Assembly (NCBI GenBank): GCA_963665235.2
Contig: CAXXLX010000001.1
Span: forward strand, 3,200,001 to 3,264,000
Length of the DNA: 64,000 bases
Reading direction: 5' to 3'
From: Candidatus Poribacteria bacterium
GTDB taxonomy: Bacteria > Poribacteria > WGA-4E > WGA-3G
Shown: piece after piece, positions 49,768 to 59,529 of the stretch
Numbering within the stretch: the stretch's first letter is position 1
Layout of the letters: each line of letters opens with the position of its first letter
The notes under the pieces: model-generated
The model's database searches: none
What the model saw: the letters and a program-made list of their open reading frames with translations, nothing else
Told to the model about the DNA's origin: nothing
Program-made: the position numbers and the translations under genes

Positions 49768-50778
49768 TTACCTCTTGAGATTCCCCCAGGTGGTTGTTAA
49801 TTTTTGTTGCGGTTCGACAGGAAAAACCTCTTTTACCCCGCTCCACCATGAAATTATGAAAATACTACCGTCCGCTTCCAACAATTTTGCGGAAACTTCG
49901 GTATCTAGGTCGAAGAGGTAAAGCGTGTGCCACCAAGAATAGATAATGGATTGACTATCAGCGGCCCAGGCTGCCCAATATCCGGTCGCGTTATCTATGT
50001 CAAACAGTGCTTTGAGGGTTCGTGTTTCAACATCAATTGTATAAAACGTCTCAAATTCTCTATCCCATCTCATGAACAGAATCTGCTTGCCGTCAGGGGA
50101 CCATACTGGATAGTAATCTTTATTTAACTCGGTTAATATTTCTACGTCTTTCGTTTCTACATCTAGAATGTAGAGTTGTTCTAAACCGCCGGGTCTTTCA
50201 AGCGAAAAGACGATTTTTTTGCTGTCGGGGGACCAAGAGAGTCCCCAGAAGAAAAAGGTGCGTCCAAAATGCTGGACACCTGTCATCACCTCCATCTCCC
50301 CTGTAGCGATGTCGAGCGTCCAAACTTGGTTTTCTTGCTGGACGTGTCCTTGATACCCGTTGAAAGCAAGTTTTTTTCCATCCGGCGAGACGGATAAAAA
50401 TCTATAAGTTCCACCCACCTGCGTGATTTGTGTCTTTTTTTTCGGTGTATCCAATTGAATTGAGTAGATATGGGATTGGCCGGCCTCTCTTTGAATAAAA
50501 TAGAGGGTTTCACCATCTGGGCTCCACGATGGATACATTCCCTTTTGGTGCAACGGAATCCCCCGAAAATCTTTATTGTCCCCGAACGCCGTCGTATAGA
50601 GGTTCCAATCATATCTACCTAACCTCTCGTCAAGTTTATAGACAGAATACACAAGGGTCCCTGTTGGTGCTGCTGCTGCGATATGCGCTAAGCAGAACAG
50701 GACGAGGCTAACCCCAATACCTAGAGATTTTAAGAGGGATGTGTTGCGAAAATGCCGAGTATCCGTTCTATTTTTCAT
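49768..50778 (-). CDS. TolB/PD40-like beta-propeller secreted protein with C-terminal KLTTTWG motif
   Basis: Repeated WSPDG; ends VEPQQKLTTTWGNLKR. Confidence 0.8.
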   Translation of the reverse strand: MKNRTDTRHFRNTSLLKSLGIGVSLVLFCLAHIAAAAPTGTLVYSVYKLDERLGRYDWNLYTTAFGDNKDFRGIPLHQKGMYPSWSPDGETLYFIQREAGQSHIYSIQLDTPKKKTQITQVGGTYRFLSVSPDGKKLAFNGYQGHVQQENQVWTLDIATGEMEVMTGVQHFGRTFFFWGLSWSPDSKKIVFSLERPGGLEQLYILDVETKDVEILTELNKDYYPVWSPDGKQILFMRWDREFETFYTIDVETRTLKALFDIDNATGYWAAWAADSQSIIYSWWHTLYLFDLDTEVSAKLLEADGSIFIISWWSGVKEVFPVEPQQKLTTTWGNLKR

Positions 50779-51931
50779 CTGTTTTCCTTTCACCTATTGT
50801 GAGCCGGTCGTAGTGAAGCAGCGCGTTCTCATAGAGATTACGATTTAATCCCAACGTTTCAAATTCCACGACTTGGTTGTAATTGCTTAACGCCAGACTT
50901 TGCTGCCCCTCCGCTTCGGCTTTGCGAGCGTTTTGCACGTTTTTGATGAATGAGGTCGCTACTTTTTCAAAATTGCGAATCTTTTTTCGGACCGCTGAAT
51001 CAGGTGCCAACCCGCCTTTAATGTCTTTTTCCACCTTATAGGCAAGAATAGCATCGCTATAAGCAATGAAAGCTGGATAGGAACGATTTTCCTGCTCCAT
51101 CTGCTTTGCTAACGTGAGCACTACAGGTTCCGCAATCGTAGCAACAACCGCTTTTGCCTGTTCAAGCATCTCAAGACTTTTCCGCTCAATTTCCGCTTCT
51201 ACTGTTTTCTGGAATTCATCTATGATTTCTTTATAGGCGGTTTTAGCGTTCGCTATGTCATTCAATTTTTCATAACAGCGCGCTTGCCCCAATTTAGCAT
51301 TGTCAATTACAAACCGGCGAATCTCTGGTGGAAGTTGCGGCGTGACCGGAAATTCCCGTGCCTGATAGGCAGCAATCGCCTTGGCATAATCGCCCGCCTG
51401 TTCATAACAATTGCCAATTGCCTTCTGGGCGTATAACGCGTAAATCTCATTTTCCGGTTGATGCTGCTCAATGACCTGCTTGAATTGTTCACGTGCCGCA
51501 TCATAATTCCCCTTCCAATAGAGGGTTTTAGCGTAGTTATATCGTGCCTTATCCGCGACAGCCGTATTCGGATATTTCTCAAAAACAGATTGCAATTTTT
51601 CGCCAGCGTCCTGAAAATTAGTTTGCGACTCCTCCGCATCTTCTTCCTCGGATGGAGTCTCACTTTCGGGGGGCGCAGTAGTATCTAAAAAATTAGTTTC
51701 GGCTTCTTGATAGGTTTGCGCTGCCTCGTTAAATTTCGCAGCGGCTTCTGCGCGCTTGCTTTCAGAATTTTGATGGTAGGCCACATACCCAACTATGCCG
51801 ACGATAATAACAGCTACGCTTATGCTAATGGCTATCACATTCTCCTTCAGGAAGGCGTAAGATTGCAAAACCAATTCAATAAACTTATCTTGTTGAATTT
51901 CTTCTTTCGTCAATCGTTTGTTTTGTGACAT
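50768..51931 (-). CDS. Membrane-anchored TPR protein (YfgM-like)
   Basis: LTKEEIQQDKF, one TM, TPR helices. Confidence 0.75.
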   Translation of the reverse strand: MSQNKRLTKEEIQQDKFIELVLQSYAFLKENVIAISISVAVIIVGIVGYVAYHQNSESKRAEAAAKFNEAAQTYQEAETNFLDTTAPPESETPSEEEDAEESQTNFQDAGEKLQSVFEKYPNTAVADKARYNYAKTLYWKGNYDAAREQFKQVIEQHQPENEIYALYAQKAIGNCYEQAGDYAKAIAAYQAREFPVTPQLPPEIRRFVIDNAKLGQARCYEKLNDIANAKTAYKEIIDEFQKTVEAEIERKSLEMLEQAKAVVATIAEPVVLTLAKQMEQENRSYPAFIAYSDAILAYKVEKDIKGGLAPDSAVRKKIRNFEKVATSFIKNVQNARKAEAEGQQSLALSNYNQVVEFETLGLNRNLYENALLHYDRLTIGERKTDEK

Positions 51932-51959
51932 GATGTTCCTCGATAGCTTTTCGTATTCA

Positions 51960-52031
51960 AGCGGGTGACGGGATTTGAACCCGCGACCCTCAGCTTGGGA
52001 AGCTGATGCTCTACCTCTGAGCTACACCCGC
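51960..52031 (-). tRNA. tRNA-Gly(CCC)
   Basis: GCGGGTG acceptor, TCAGC-TTCCCAA-GCTGA arm; TTGACA/TATAAT upstream at 52041-52070. Confidence 0.93.
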
Positions 52032-52311
52032 GTATTTAAAATTATACCCTATTTTTAACGCCGTTGTCAAGATGGGTGTGTAAATATTTTGTCCTTATGT
52101 GTCAATTTACCATGTATCTCTCTGCCGTTTGTAGGTGACGATGGGCTATTTGGGTTCGGAGCTTAGGTGGGACCTATAATGCGGCATACACCCGAAAAAC
52201 GGACACGTCAAAAAGTAGTAGCAGGTCGTTAAAACAACGAAAAGCGGGCATTAACGAAAAGCGGGCATTACGGTTACCCGCCTTCGCAATTGTTGCATGC
52301 AAGAACGGTGC

Positions 52312-52776
52312 TTACAGTTTATCTAATTCGCTCAGCACCTGTTCCGCTGTCAACGTGTTGTCAGGGGGCGCATCTTCCACGTGTTTAAAGGCGATTTTGC
52401 CAGCTGCATCTATAATAAAAACACCGCGCGTGGTAATGCCAACCTCTTCAAGTGCCATGCCATACTGCTTTGAGACTTCAAGATTCATATCCGAAAGCAG
52501 CGGAAAACCGATACCGCCAAGTGACTCACTCCACGCCTTATGTGCAAACGTCGAATCTCGGTTGATGGCGATAACCTCGGCACCCTTCGCTTGAATAGCG
52601 TCTAAATTCTCATTAAAATCTGGAACTTGTTCAGAACACACGGGCGAAAAATCGAGCGGATAAAAAAGAATTACCAACTTTTTGCCCGCAAAATCTGCTA
52701 GGGTGACATCCGTATCTTCCTGATTTGTAGAGCCCGATAAACTGAAATCCGGGGCTGAATTGCCTATTTCTGCCAT
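52312..52776 (-). CDS. 1-Cys peroxiredoxin (AhpC/AhpE-like)
   Basis: FYPLDFSPVC, RGVFIID; single Cys. Confidence 0.88.
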   Translation of the reverse strand: MAEIGNSAPDFSLSGSTNQEDTDVTLADFAGKKLVILFYPLDFSPVCSEQVPDFNENLDAIQAKGAEVIAINRDSTFAHKAWSESLGGIGFPLLSDMNLEVSKQYGMALEEVGITTRGVFIIDAAGKIAFKHVEDAPPDNTLTAEQVLSELDKL

Positions 52777-53353
52777 TGAAAAAACCTCCTACTAATTGAA
52801 TCTATAGTTTGGACAATATCCGTGACCGTGAGCCCCGCTTTCAAAGCCTCTCTGATTTTTCTCTAAGTGCCTCACACAAGGACAAAGAAGAGAAAAATAG
52901 TTTCCGCCGATGGGTTTTCCAAAGCGCGGTTTACCCAGCGGGGCGGAATGTTTATAGAATGTTGGAAACCATTAGCAGTTAGCAAGAGGATTGTGATGCT
53001 AAGCCTATCTCTACTGCGCGTCAAAACCCGCTTCCACCCTTCCATTCTTCCACCCTTCCACCTATCCCTTTGACAAGAACGTTGTGCCTCCCTAAAATTG
53101 TCCAAACTTTAGTAATTGAATTGGAAACCTGTTAAAATTTTCAGTCATGCAAATTATACCATAAACACGAACAAAATGCAAAATATTTTTTCTGCTAAAA
53201 TTCAGAATTTTTTCTAAAAAAGGGGTGTGTAAAGTTTTTGTACGTCTGCGATATTTTTTATGAAGAAAAATAGAACAGTTCGCAACTAATACCATTTTTA
53301 TTAATTATTCTATCATTACCGGTTGTTAGAAATGAAACGGAGAACGGAAGACC

Positions 53354-53516
53354 CAAACTGGAAGTTTATGCTACAATAACACACAGCACAAACTGGAAGT
53401 TTATGCTACAATAACACACAGCACAAACTGGAAGTTTATGCTACAATAACACACAGCACAAACTGGAAGTTTATGCTACAATAACACACAGCACAAACTG
53501 GAAGTTTATGCTACAA
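53354..53516. repeat. 35-bp tandem repeat x4.7 (GTAG REP on minus strand)
   Basis: caaactggaagtttatgctacaataacacacagca identical units; single relative near 31524-31553. Confidence 0.92.
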
Positions 53517-53689
53517 GAAAGAGGCATTTTCAATTAGAAATGGTATAATATAACAGCACCCCAAAACATTTTTGGGAGGCAAGCGGTGCGTTTTGCAACT
53601 CACCGGATTGGACACCGATACCGTGTGTCAAAAAGTGTAACATTTACACACAAACCGCATCAAAAAGTAGGCGGCAGAACGCTAAAAAA

Positions 53690-53964
53690 ACGTGAGTTTG
53701 GAAAAAGTTTTCCCCTAGTAGTCGGTAGTAGTCGGTCAAACAGCCCGCTCCTTGTGGACGATATGTTTATGGGGGCGTGTGTTTCTGCCCTTCTCTTAGT
53801 CCCAGTATTCGGGCAAGCAGCCCGCTCTTTAAGGACGATATATTTATAGAAATAGGTGTCCTCCCCCCCGCCTTAGTCCCAGTATTCGGGCAAGCAGCCC
53901 GCTCTTTAAGGACGATATGTTTATAGGGGTTAGTGCAAACGGACATTTATTATCAAACTCACGT
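53690..53964. mobile_element. ACGTGAG-TIR MITE with three REP units
   Basis: Homologous to 41132-41397. Confidence 0.8.
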
Positions 53965-54294
53965 TAAAAAAAGTAGGCAGGACACACAACCGAAAACCGC
54001 AGACGAAATGGCACATTTTGTTTTTTTGTGTTGCGAAAAATATAGGACAAAACCGCTTACAAAGCTATGCGTGACGTGCGTTCACGCACATGCAACACCG
54101 AAAACCGAATGTTACACTTTGTGTCAAAAGTGTAACTTATGCACCGGTTTTGTACAAAAACTTTACACACTCAATAGAACTTTGACTTTTGGTCTAAAAT
54201 GTGGTATACTATTTAGACTGACTCAGCGGTTAATGTTACAAACGTTAGCCGCCCCTTTTGTAGAGGGAGTCAGAAACCTTTCATGAGTTAGGAT

Positions 54295-55000
54295 ATGGAA
54301 ACCTACAAAACACACAAAATCGCATTAGCCCCTAACAATGAGCAACGTAGTTGGTTTTTTCAACAAAGCGGCTACTTCCGTTTTGCCTATAATTCTGCTT
54401 TAGCAGACTTCAAGGCAGGCGACGTGCAGTGATGGGACGCGATATGAGAACCCGAGGCCTTTGAAACGGTATGAGCGAAAGTTAGCCCGTGCCCAACGGA
54501 AGTTGAGTCGCCAAGTTCCGCAGTCTAAAAACTGGTTCAAGCAGAAGCGCATCATTGAACGTATCCACTATAAAGTCACCTCTATCCGCTGCGATGTGCA
54601 CCATAAAGCAAGCACGGATATTGTTAATCGTGCAAGTGCTATCGGGATTGAGACGCTAAATGTGAGCAACCTGCTAAAGAACAAGAAACTGTCCAAAGCA
54701 TTATCGGATAGTGCGTTAGGGGGGTTTCTATTGTTGCTAAAGACGAAAGCCGAGGCTTGTGGTATCCCTGTAATCGAAGCCTCCCAGTTCTTTGCAAGCA
54801 GCAAGACGTGCGGCAGCTGCGGCCACAAGAAGACGGACTTGACACTCTCAGAACAGGATTCGGGCAAGCAGCCCGCTCTTCCATTGCTGTGAATGTGGGA
54901 CCTCAATAGATAGAGACCTCAATGCTGCAATAAATTTAAGAAATCTCGCGGCAGGGCATGCCGAGAGCCTAAACGCCTGTGGAGTCCAAATAAGACCCTC
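54295..55000 (+). pseudogene. tnpB: Decayed tnpB
   Basis: N-terminal KTHKIAL...RFAYN fragment fused by deletion to CSDGTRYENPR; RuvC-I lost; frameshift in Zn ribbon before [10 protein letters not shown]; end approximate. Confidence 0.85.
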
Positions 55001-55124
55001 TAACTCTCATGCAACTTTTCCGAGAGGGGGGCACGAGAGACAGGCTTCAGGAAACCAACAGCCTGCTCTTAAGCAGGAAAAGCCGTTTGGAAATAACTCA
55101 GTTTGTTTCCAGTATAAGAGCTAA

Positions 55125-55159
55125 GAATCACCCTTGCTTTAGCTGGGTGAGTATGTCAA
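55125..55159 (+). mobile_element. IS200/IS605 right end of decayed element
   Basis: gaatcacccttgctttagctgggtgagtatgTCAA nearly identical to the right end at 41407-41441. Confidence 0.8.
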
Positions 55160-55251
55160 ACTAACGTGAGTTCGGAAACCTAAGCAATTTTGGAAACTGA
55201 TGGATAGAGGACACACAGGCTATAGCAATTAAAAACGGAGAGGACACACAG

Positions 55252-58134
55252 ATGAAACGATTAGCACTTCTAGGATTTATTATAGCAATTGGACTTATCG
55301 GAAACCTAACACCCTATGCCCAGCAAACACCAAACCAGGCGGTGCCGCCGAGTGCTTCGCAAGTAGAACCTTTACTCAAACGCATGACAGCGCGTCTCTC
55401 TGGAAAGGTTGTCTGGGAAGGACAGGACCTCTCACAGACAAACGTGTCGGTGTATCGGGATAAAAAACTACGTGCCCTTTACACAAGTGGCCTCTCCGAT
55501 TTAAAAAACCCCGGCACCTTCACGCTCCGCGTAGAGCCGGGCAGGTATTATTTAGCCGCCTATGTTGATGTCGATGGGTCAGGCCAATTTGACGAGGGGG
55601 ATGGCTACGGAGTCTTAGGCGTTAAGCAGTGGGAAAATACGGAACAAACCTATCAAGCAATTGATATTGGTGATAACGCACGATTGACGAATATAGAAAT
55701 TTTTATAACGGCACGACTTCATAACACCACGGAGGGCTCCATACTCGTCTCTACATCCCAATATCAACCGAGCAAAGTTCAGCAATTTAAAACGGAGTTA
55801 AACAAGATAACATCAGGGTGCCGAGGGACTCTAAAACTTAGGAAAGATACGAAACCGAACGGACAAGCTGCCCCCACCCTTGAAAAAAATCCGAAGTTAA
55901 TCCTTGCTTACACAGATACATCGTGGAAGTACCGTGCGGGTATCACACAGGTAGATGCAAAAACCGGACGATGGGAACTCCGATTGAAACCGGGCAAGTA
56001 TTACCTCATGGGGATTGTGGATAAAAATTCTAGCAATAGACTGGATAGTGGGGATACCTTCGGATTTTACGGCGTTGCAAAAATTGGACAACCCGGTAGC
56101 TTTCCACAACCTATCCTCATCGAACCTAATACCTTCACCGAGGGGCTAGAGATACAAATTTCTGCAATCTATACGACAAAACGGCAGACAGAAAAAAGCA
56201 AAATCACCGCAGCTGTTACGGGGACCGTAAACGCCACACCACAAGGCGAAGCAGTAATACGGATTGAGGCGTACCGCACCGCAGCGTTAGTTGTGCCTGT
56301 TGCCAGTACGCAAACAGACGCGGATGGAAAATTTCGGCTCCAACTGCCCCCCGGAGAATACTACCTCCTCACAAACCATGATGCGGATGCGGATGGAAGG
56401 TACAGTGAAGGGGATAGCCTTGGCGGTTGGGGGACAAATGCTATTACATCACACCCCCCGGCGCGTTTAACCCTTGCTGATGGCGAAACACGCACGATTG
56501 CTATTCATCTGACCGCACGTTATGAAGCAGATGGACAACTTCGTGCCATACCGATAACTAAACAGAACCCTGATACACTTCCAGGGTTAAAGGTTGCCGA
56601 TGGGACATCCACAGATGAACCATCGGGTAGTTTGACTGGCAAAATAACCTCATATTTCTCACCGCTGCGGGAAAAAGGTGAGATGCTAAAGAAGCGACAA
56701 CCCACTGATAGCCAAGACGGGATTGAACAGAAACGCACCCCGAACGGTATTTTGAGCCTTTCCCTCACACCCGATTTTGAGTCGCCGATGTGGATGCCGC
56801 TTTTCATCGAAGACGATGGCAGTTATCGTGTTGATGTCAAGCCCGGAAAATATTACATCATGGCGGTCCTTGACCAAAACGGAGATGGACGCTCAGGCCT
56901 CTCTGATGGTATCGGTATCTACGGGACACATCTACCGGTCCGGGGTACGCCCGCCGCTGTCAACGTCCTCCCAAACGAGACAACGCCACACGTCGATATT
57001 GACATCCTCGCTTCCTATATTGATGAAAAAGGCACTATGGCGGAACTTAAAGATGGCGGACGATGGGATATTGCACGAATCCACGGACACCCTGAAGATA
57101 TTTTCAAATATACACGCGCAGGAAAAACTATCGAGGAATGGGTTTACTGGACAAAAGGTCTCGCTTTTCAATTCGTAGCGGATGGCGCAGGCTGGAAACT
57201 CAAAAAGCAGGATGAATTTCAAACGAAAGCACAGGGGACAGAAGCAGACACACAAGACGCTGAAAATCCACAAACGGCTGAACACGCTAAGCAAACACAG
57301 CCTGAGACATCCCCTATCACAGGGCAGCCTGTGGCTATCTATTATAGTCATGACGGTATTTTATGGCGAATAACACCCGATGCAACCCTCTCACCTATTG
57401 GGGCAGGGTTTTATCCGAATGCCTCAGAAAACGGGGCACTCGTTTATCAGGATATTGATGCCAATGTTATCATTCAAGATGTGGTAACAGGACAGGGGAC
57501 CGTACTCCTTGACAACAGACACAGGGTGCAAGAAGCGGTCATCTCGCCGGATGGGGATTATCTCGCCTGGACGCATACCGAGCACACAGGACGAAAACGG
57601 ATTACTGTTCAGCATTTACCGAGTCAGAAACATTTCACAATTCCATCAACCGCCCGCGAAATCTCTATGCCCGCATGGCGTAGAGATGGCCAATTGCTCG
57701 CATATTGTGCCACAGGCACTATTGAAAACCGTGATGATACCGGACGAAATAGGAATATCTATGCTTTCGACTCTGTAACAAACAGCGTTGAACCTATCGT
57801 TGTTTCACCTACTGACGATGCCGACCCCGCATGGAATCCATCGGACCTCAATACGCTTGCATTTTCTCGGAAAAACGGGGACGACTATCGCCAAATTTGG
57901 ATTGTTACCTTTTCTACTACGGGACAGCGAACTGAACAGCAGATAACTAAAATGGGCGGAAGTCGACCGGTCTGGATTCCCGCCGATGGACGCTGGATAC
58001 TCTATGAAAACAATGGACAACTCTGGACTGTGGATACACGAACCCCCGACAGCGAAGCCCCATTACTGAACAATGGAAAGGTTATCTTCGGATACCACCC
58101 TTCTACTGTCCCGATAGAAGTAGATAGCAAATAG
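55252..58134 (+). CDS. Large secreted protein: four repeated beta-sandwich modules with Ca-loop-like motifs plus TolB-like propeller
   Basis: PG(R/K/E)YY...DxDxxG...GD x4; C-terminal ISPDG, PAW, RPVW blades. Confidence 0.7.
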   Translation: MKRLALLGFIIAIGLIGNLTPYAQQTPNQAVPPSASQVEPLLKRMTARLSGKVVWEGQDLSQTNVSVYRDKKLRALYTSGLSDLKNPGTFTLRVEPGRYYLAAYVDVDGSGQFDEGDGYGVLGVKQWENTEQTYQAIDIGDNARLTNIEIFITARLHNTTEGSILVSTSQYQPSKVQQFKTELNKITSGCRGTLKLRKDTKPNGQAAPTLEKNPKLILAYTDTSWKYRAGITQVDAKTGRWELRLKPGKYYLMGIVDKNSSNRLDSGDTFGFYGVAKIGQPGSFPQPILIEPNTFTEGLEIQISAIYTTKRQTEKSKITAAVTGTVNATPQGEAVIRIEAYRTAALVVPVASTQTDADGKFRLQLPPGEYYLLTNHDADADGRYSEGDSLGGWGTNAITSHPPARLTLADGETRTIAIHLTARYEADGQLRAIPITKQNPDTLPGLKVADGTSTDEPSGSLTGKITSYFSPLREKGEMLKKRQPTDSQDGIEQKRTPNGILSLSLTPDFESPMWMPLFIEDDGSYRVDVKPGKYYIMAVLDQNGDGRSGLSDGIGIYGTHLPVRGTPAAVNVLPNETTPHVDIDILASYIDEKGTMAELKDGGRWDIARIHGHPEDIFKYTRAGKTIEEWVYWTKGLAFQFVADGAGWKLKKQDEFQTKAQGTEADTQDAENPQTAEHAKQTQPETSPITGQPVAIYYSHDGILWRITPDATLSPIGAGFYPNASENGALVYQDIDANVIIQDVVTGQGTVLLDNRHRVQEAVISPDGDYLAWTHTEHTGRKRITVQHLPSQKHFTIPSTAREISMPAWRRDGQLLAYCATGTIENRDDTGRNRNIYAFDSVTNSVEPIVVSPTDDADPAWNPSDLNTLAFSRKNGDDYRQIWIVTFSTTGQRTEQQITKMGGSRPVWIPADGRWILYENNGQLWTVDTRTPDSEAPLLNNGKVIFGYHPSTVPIEVDSK

Positions 58135-58222
58135 CAAATGGTAAGAACAGTTATGGCAGCCTTAACACAAAACAACTCTTACAATTACCAATGGTTAATT
58201 TCACAGTGAGGAAACCTCTTAA

Positions 58223-59515
58223 ATGCGAAAATTGAACATACTTACACTCTTTCTGATTTTGATAACGTCTACTGCATCCGCACAATTTTTACTTGTGCCG
58301 ATGGAAAAGACACAAACAAATCATCTCAAGGCTTATGGATTGACATATTGGGCATTAGAAGTGCCGCGTGAATATCAGTGTTATTGGTGGTTGAATTATC
58401 GCGGGGGGTCATTTGTTATTCCGGATTCTCCCGATGTTCGCGCACGCGCTGCACAGATGGGGGTCTCTTTTGAACCGATGAACGATGCCGAGTACAACGC
58501 AATCAAAGAGATTATTGAAACTAGTAATATGGATGAAATCCTGTTGGAAAAAGCCCCCAAAATCGCTGTGTACGCCCCATCAGAGACATCCGCTTATCGT
58601 GACCCGTGGGACGATGCTGTAAAAATTGCTCTGGATTACGCTGAAATTCCTTATGACCAAATCTGGGATAAGGAGGTACAACGCGGGGCACTGCACACCG
58701 AAGGCTACGATTGGTTGCACCTACACCATGAAGATTTTACGGGCCAACACGGAAAATTCCACGCCTCTTTTTCACACCAGGTCTGGTATCAACACCGGAT
58801 GGCACTTTTTGAAAAAGCTGCGGCAGAAGCTGGATTTAAACGTGTCGCCCGTCACAAAGGACAAACTGCCCTCGATATCGCCGATTATGTGGCCAAAGGC
58901 GGATTTATTTTTGCTATGTGTTCCGCCCCTGAAACGCTAGACATCGCCCTCGCTACAAAGGGTGGCACCATCGATATCGTTGACCCTGTCTTGGATGCAA
59001 CCCCGCTTGCAGACGGTTTCCAAAATCAATTAAACTTCGAGCGGACATTTGCGTTTAGGAATTTCACGCTCTACCCTAATCCAAACCGCTATGAATTCTC
59101 TGATGTTGATAATCCAAATCCGGACCTAAACTTTCAAAGCGGCGTTGAAAATTTTCAACTCTTTGAGTTTTCCGCAAAACATGACCCGATTCCAACGATG
59201 CTCACACAAAACCACGTCTCAGTAGTACGAGGTTACCTGGGGCAGACAACCTCTTTCAATATGGATAAGATTCACAATGCTGTCACGATTTTAGGAAGGA
59301 TTGAGGGCACGAACTATGCCAAATATATTCATGGCGCGCTAGGTAAGGGTACTTTTACCTTCCTCGGCGGACACGACCCCGAGGACTATCGGCACCTCGT
59401 CGGCGAAGGCAAAATCCCGACAAACCTTGACTTGCACAAGGATTCACCGGGCTATCGTTTGATACTAAACAATATTCTATTTCCAGCGGCTCGTAAAAAA
59501 CCGCAGAAAACCTGA
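58223..59515 (+). CDS. Secreted conserved protein, probable class I glutamine-amidotransferase-like fold
   Basis: Signal peptide; HLKAYG, LHLHHEDFTGQ, GGFIFAMCSA, GGHDPEDY. Confidence 0.6.
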   Translation: MRKLNILTLFLILITSTASAQFLLVPMEKTQTNHLKAYGLTYWALEVPREYQCYWWLNYRGGSFVIPDSPDVRARAAQMGVSFEPMNDAEYNAIKEIIETSNMDEILLEKAPKIAVYAPSETSAYRDPWDDAVKIALDYAEIPYDQIWDKEVQRGALHTEGYDWLHLHHEDFTGQHGKFHASFSHQVWYQHRMALFEKAAAEAGFKRVARHKGQTALDIADYVAKGGFIFAMCSAPETLDIALATKGGTIDIVDPVLDATPLADGFQNQLNFERTFAFRNFTLYPNPNRYEFSDVDNPNPDLNFQSGVENFQLFEFSAKHDPIPTMLTQNHVSVVRGYLGQTTSFNMDKIHNAVTILGRIEGTNYAKYIHGALGKGTFTFLGGHDPEDYRHLVGEGKIPTNLDLHKDSPGYRLILNNILFPAARKKPQKT

Positions 59516-59529
59516 AACTGATAACCACT

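Larger units (their letters stand above)
53225..54170. mobile_element. Non-coding composite element bounded by perfect 19-bp TIRs
   Basis: gtgtgtaaagtttttgtac...gtacaaaaactttacacac; contains tandem REP array and nested MITE. Confidence 0.65.

Noticed and set aside
52236-52271. 18-bp tandem duplication aacgaaaagcgggcatta
   Set aside because: Two copies within a terminator-like region; simple slippage explains it
53354-53516. Possible CRISPR array
   Set aside because: Units are identical head to tail with no unique spacers; no cas genes; motif is a GTAG REP
58223-59515. Asparagine synthetase call
   Set aside because: No N-terminal Cys Ntn domain or SGGLDS motif, and it carries a signal peptide
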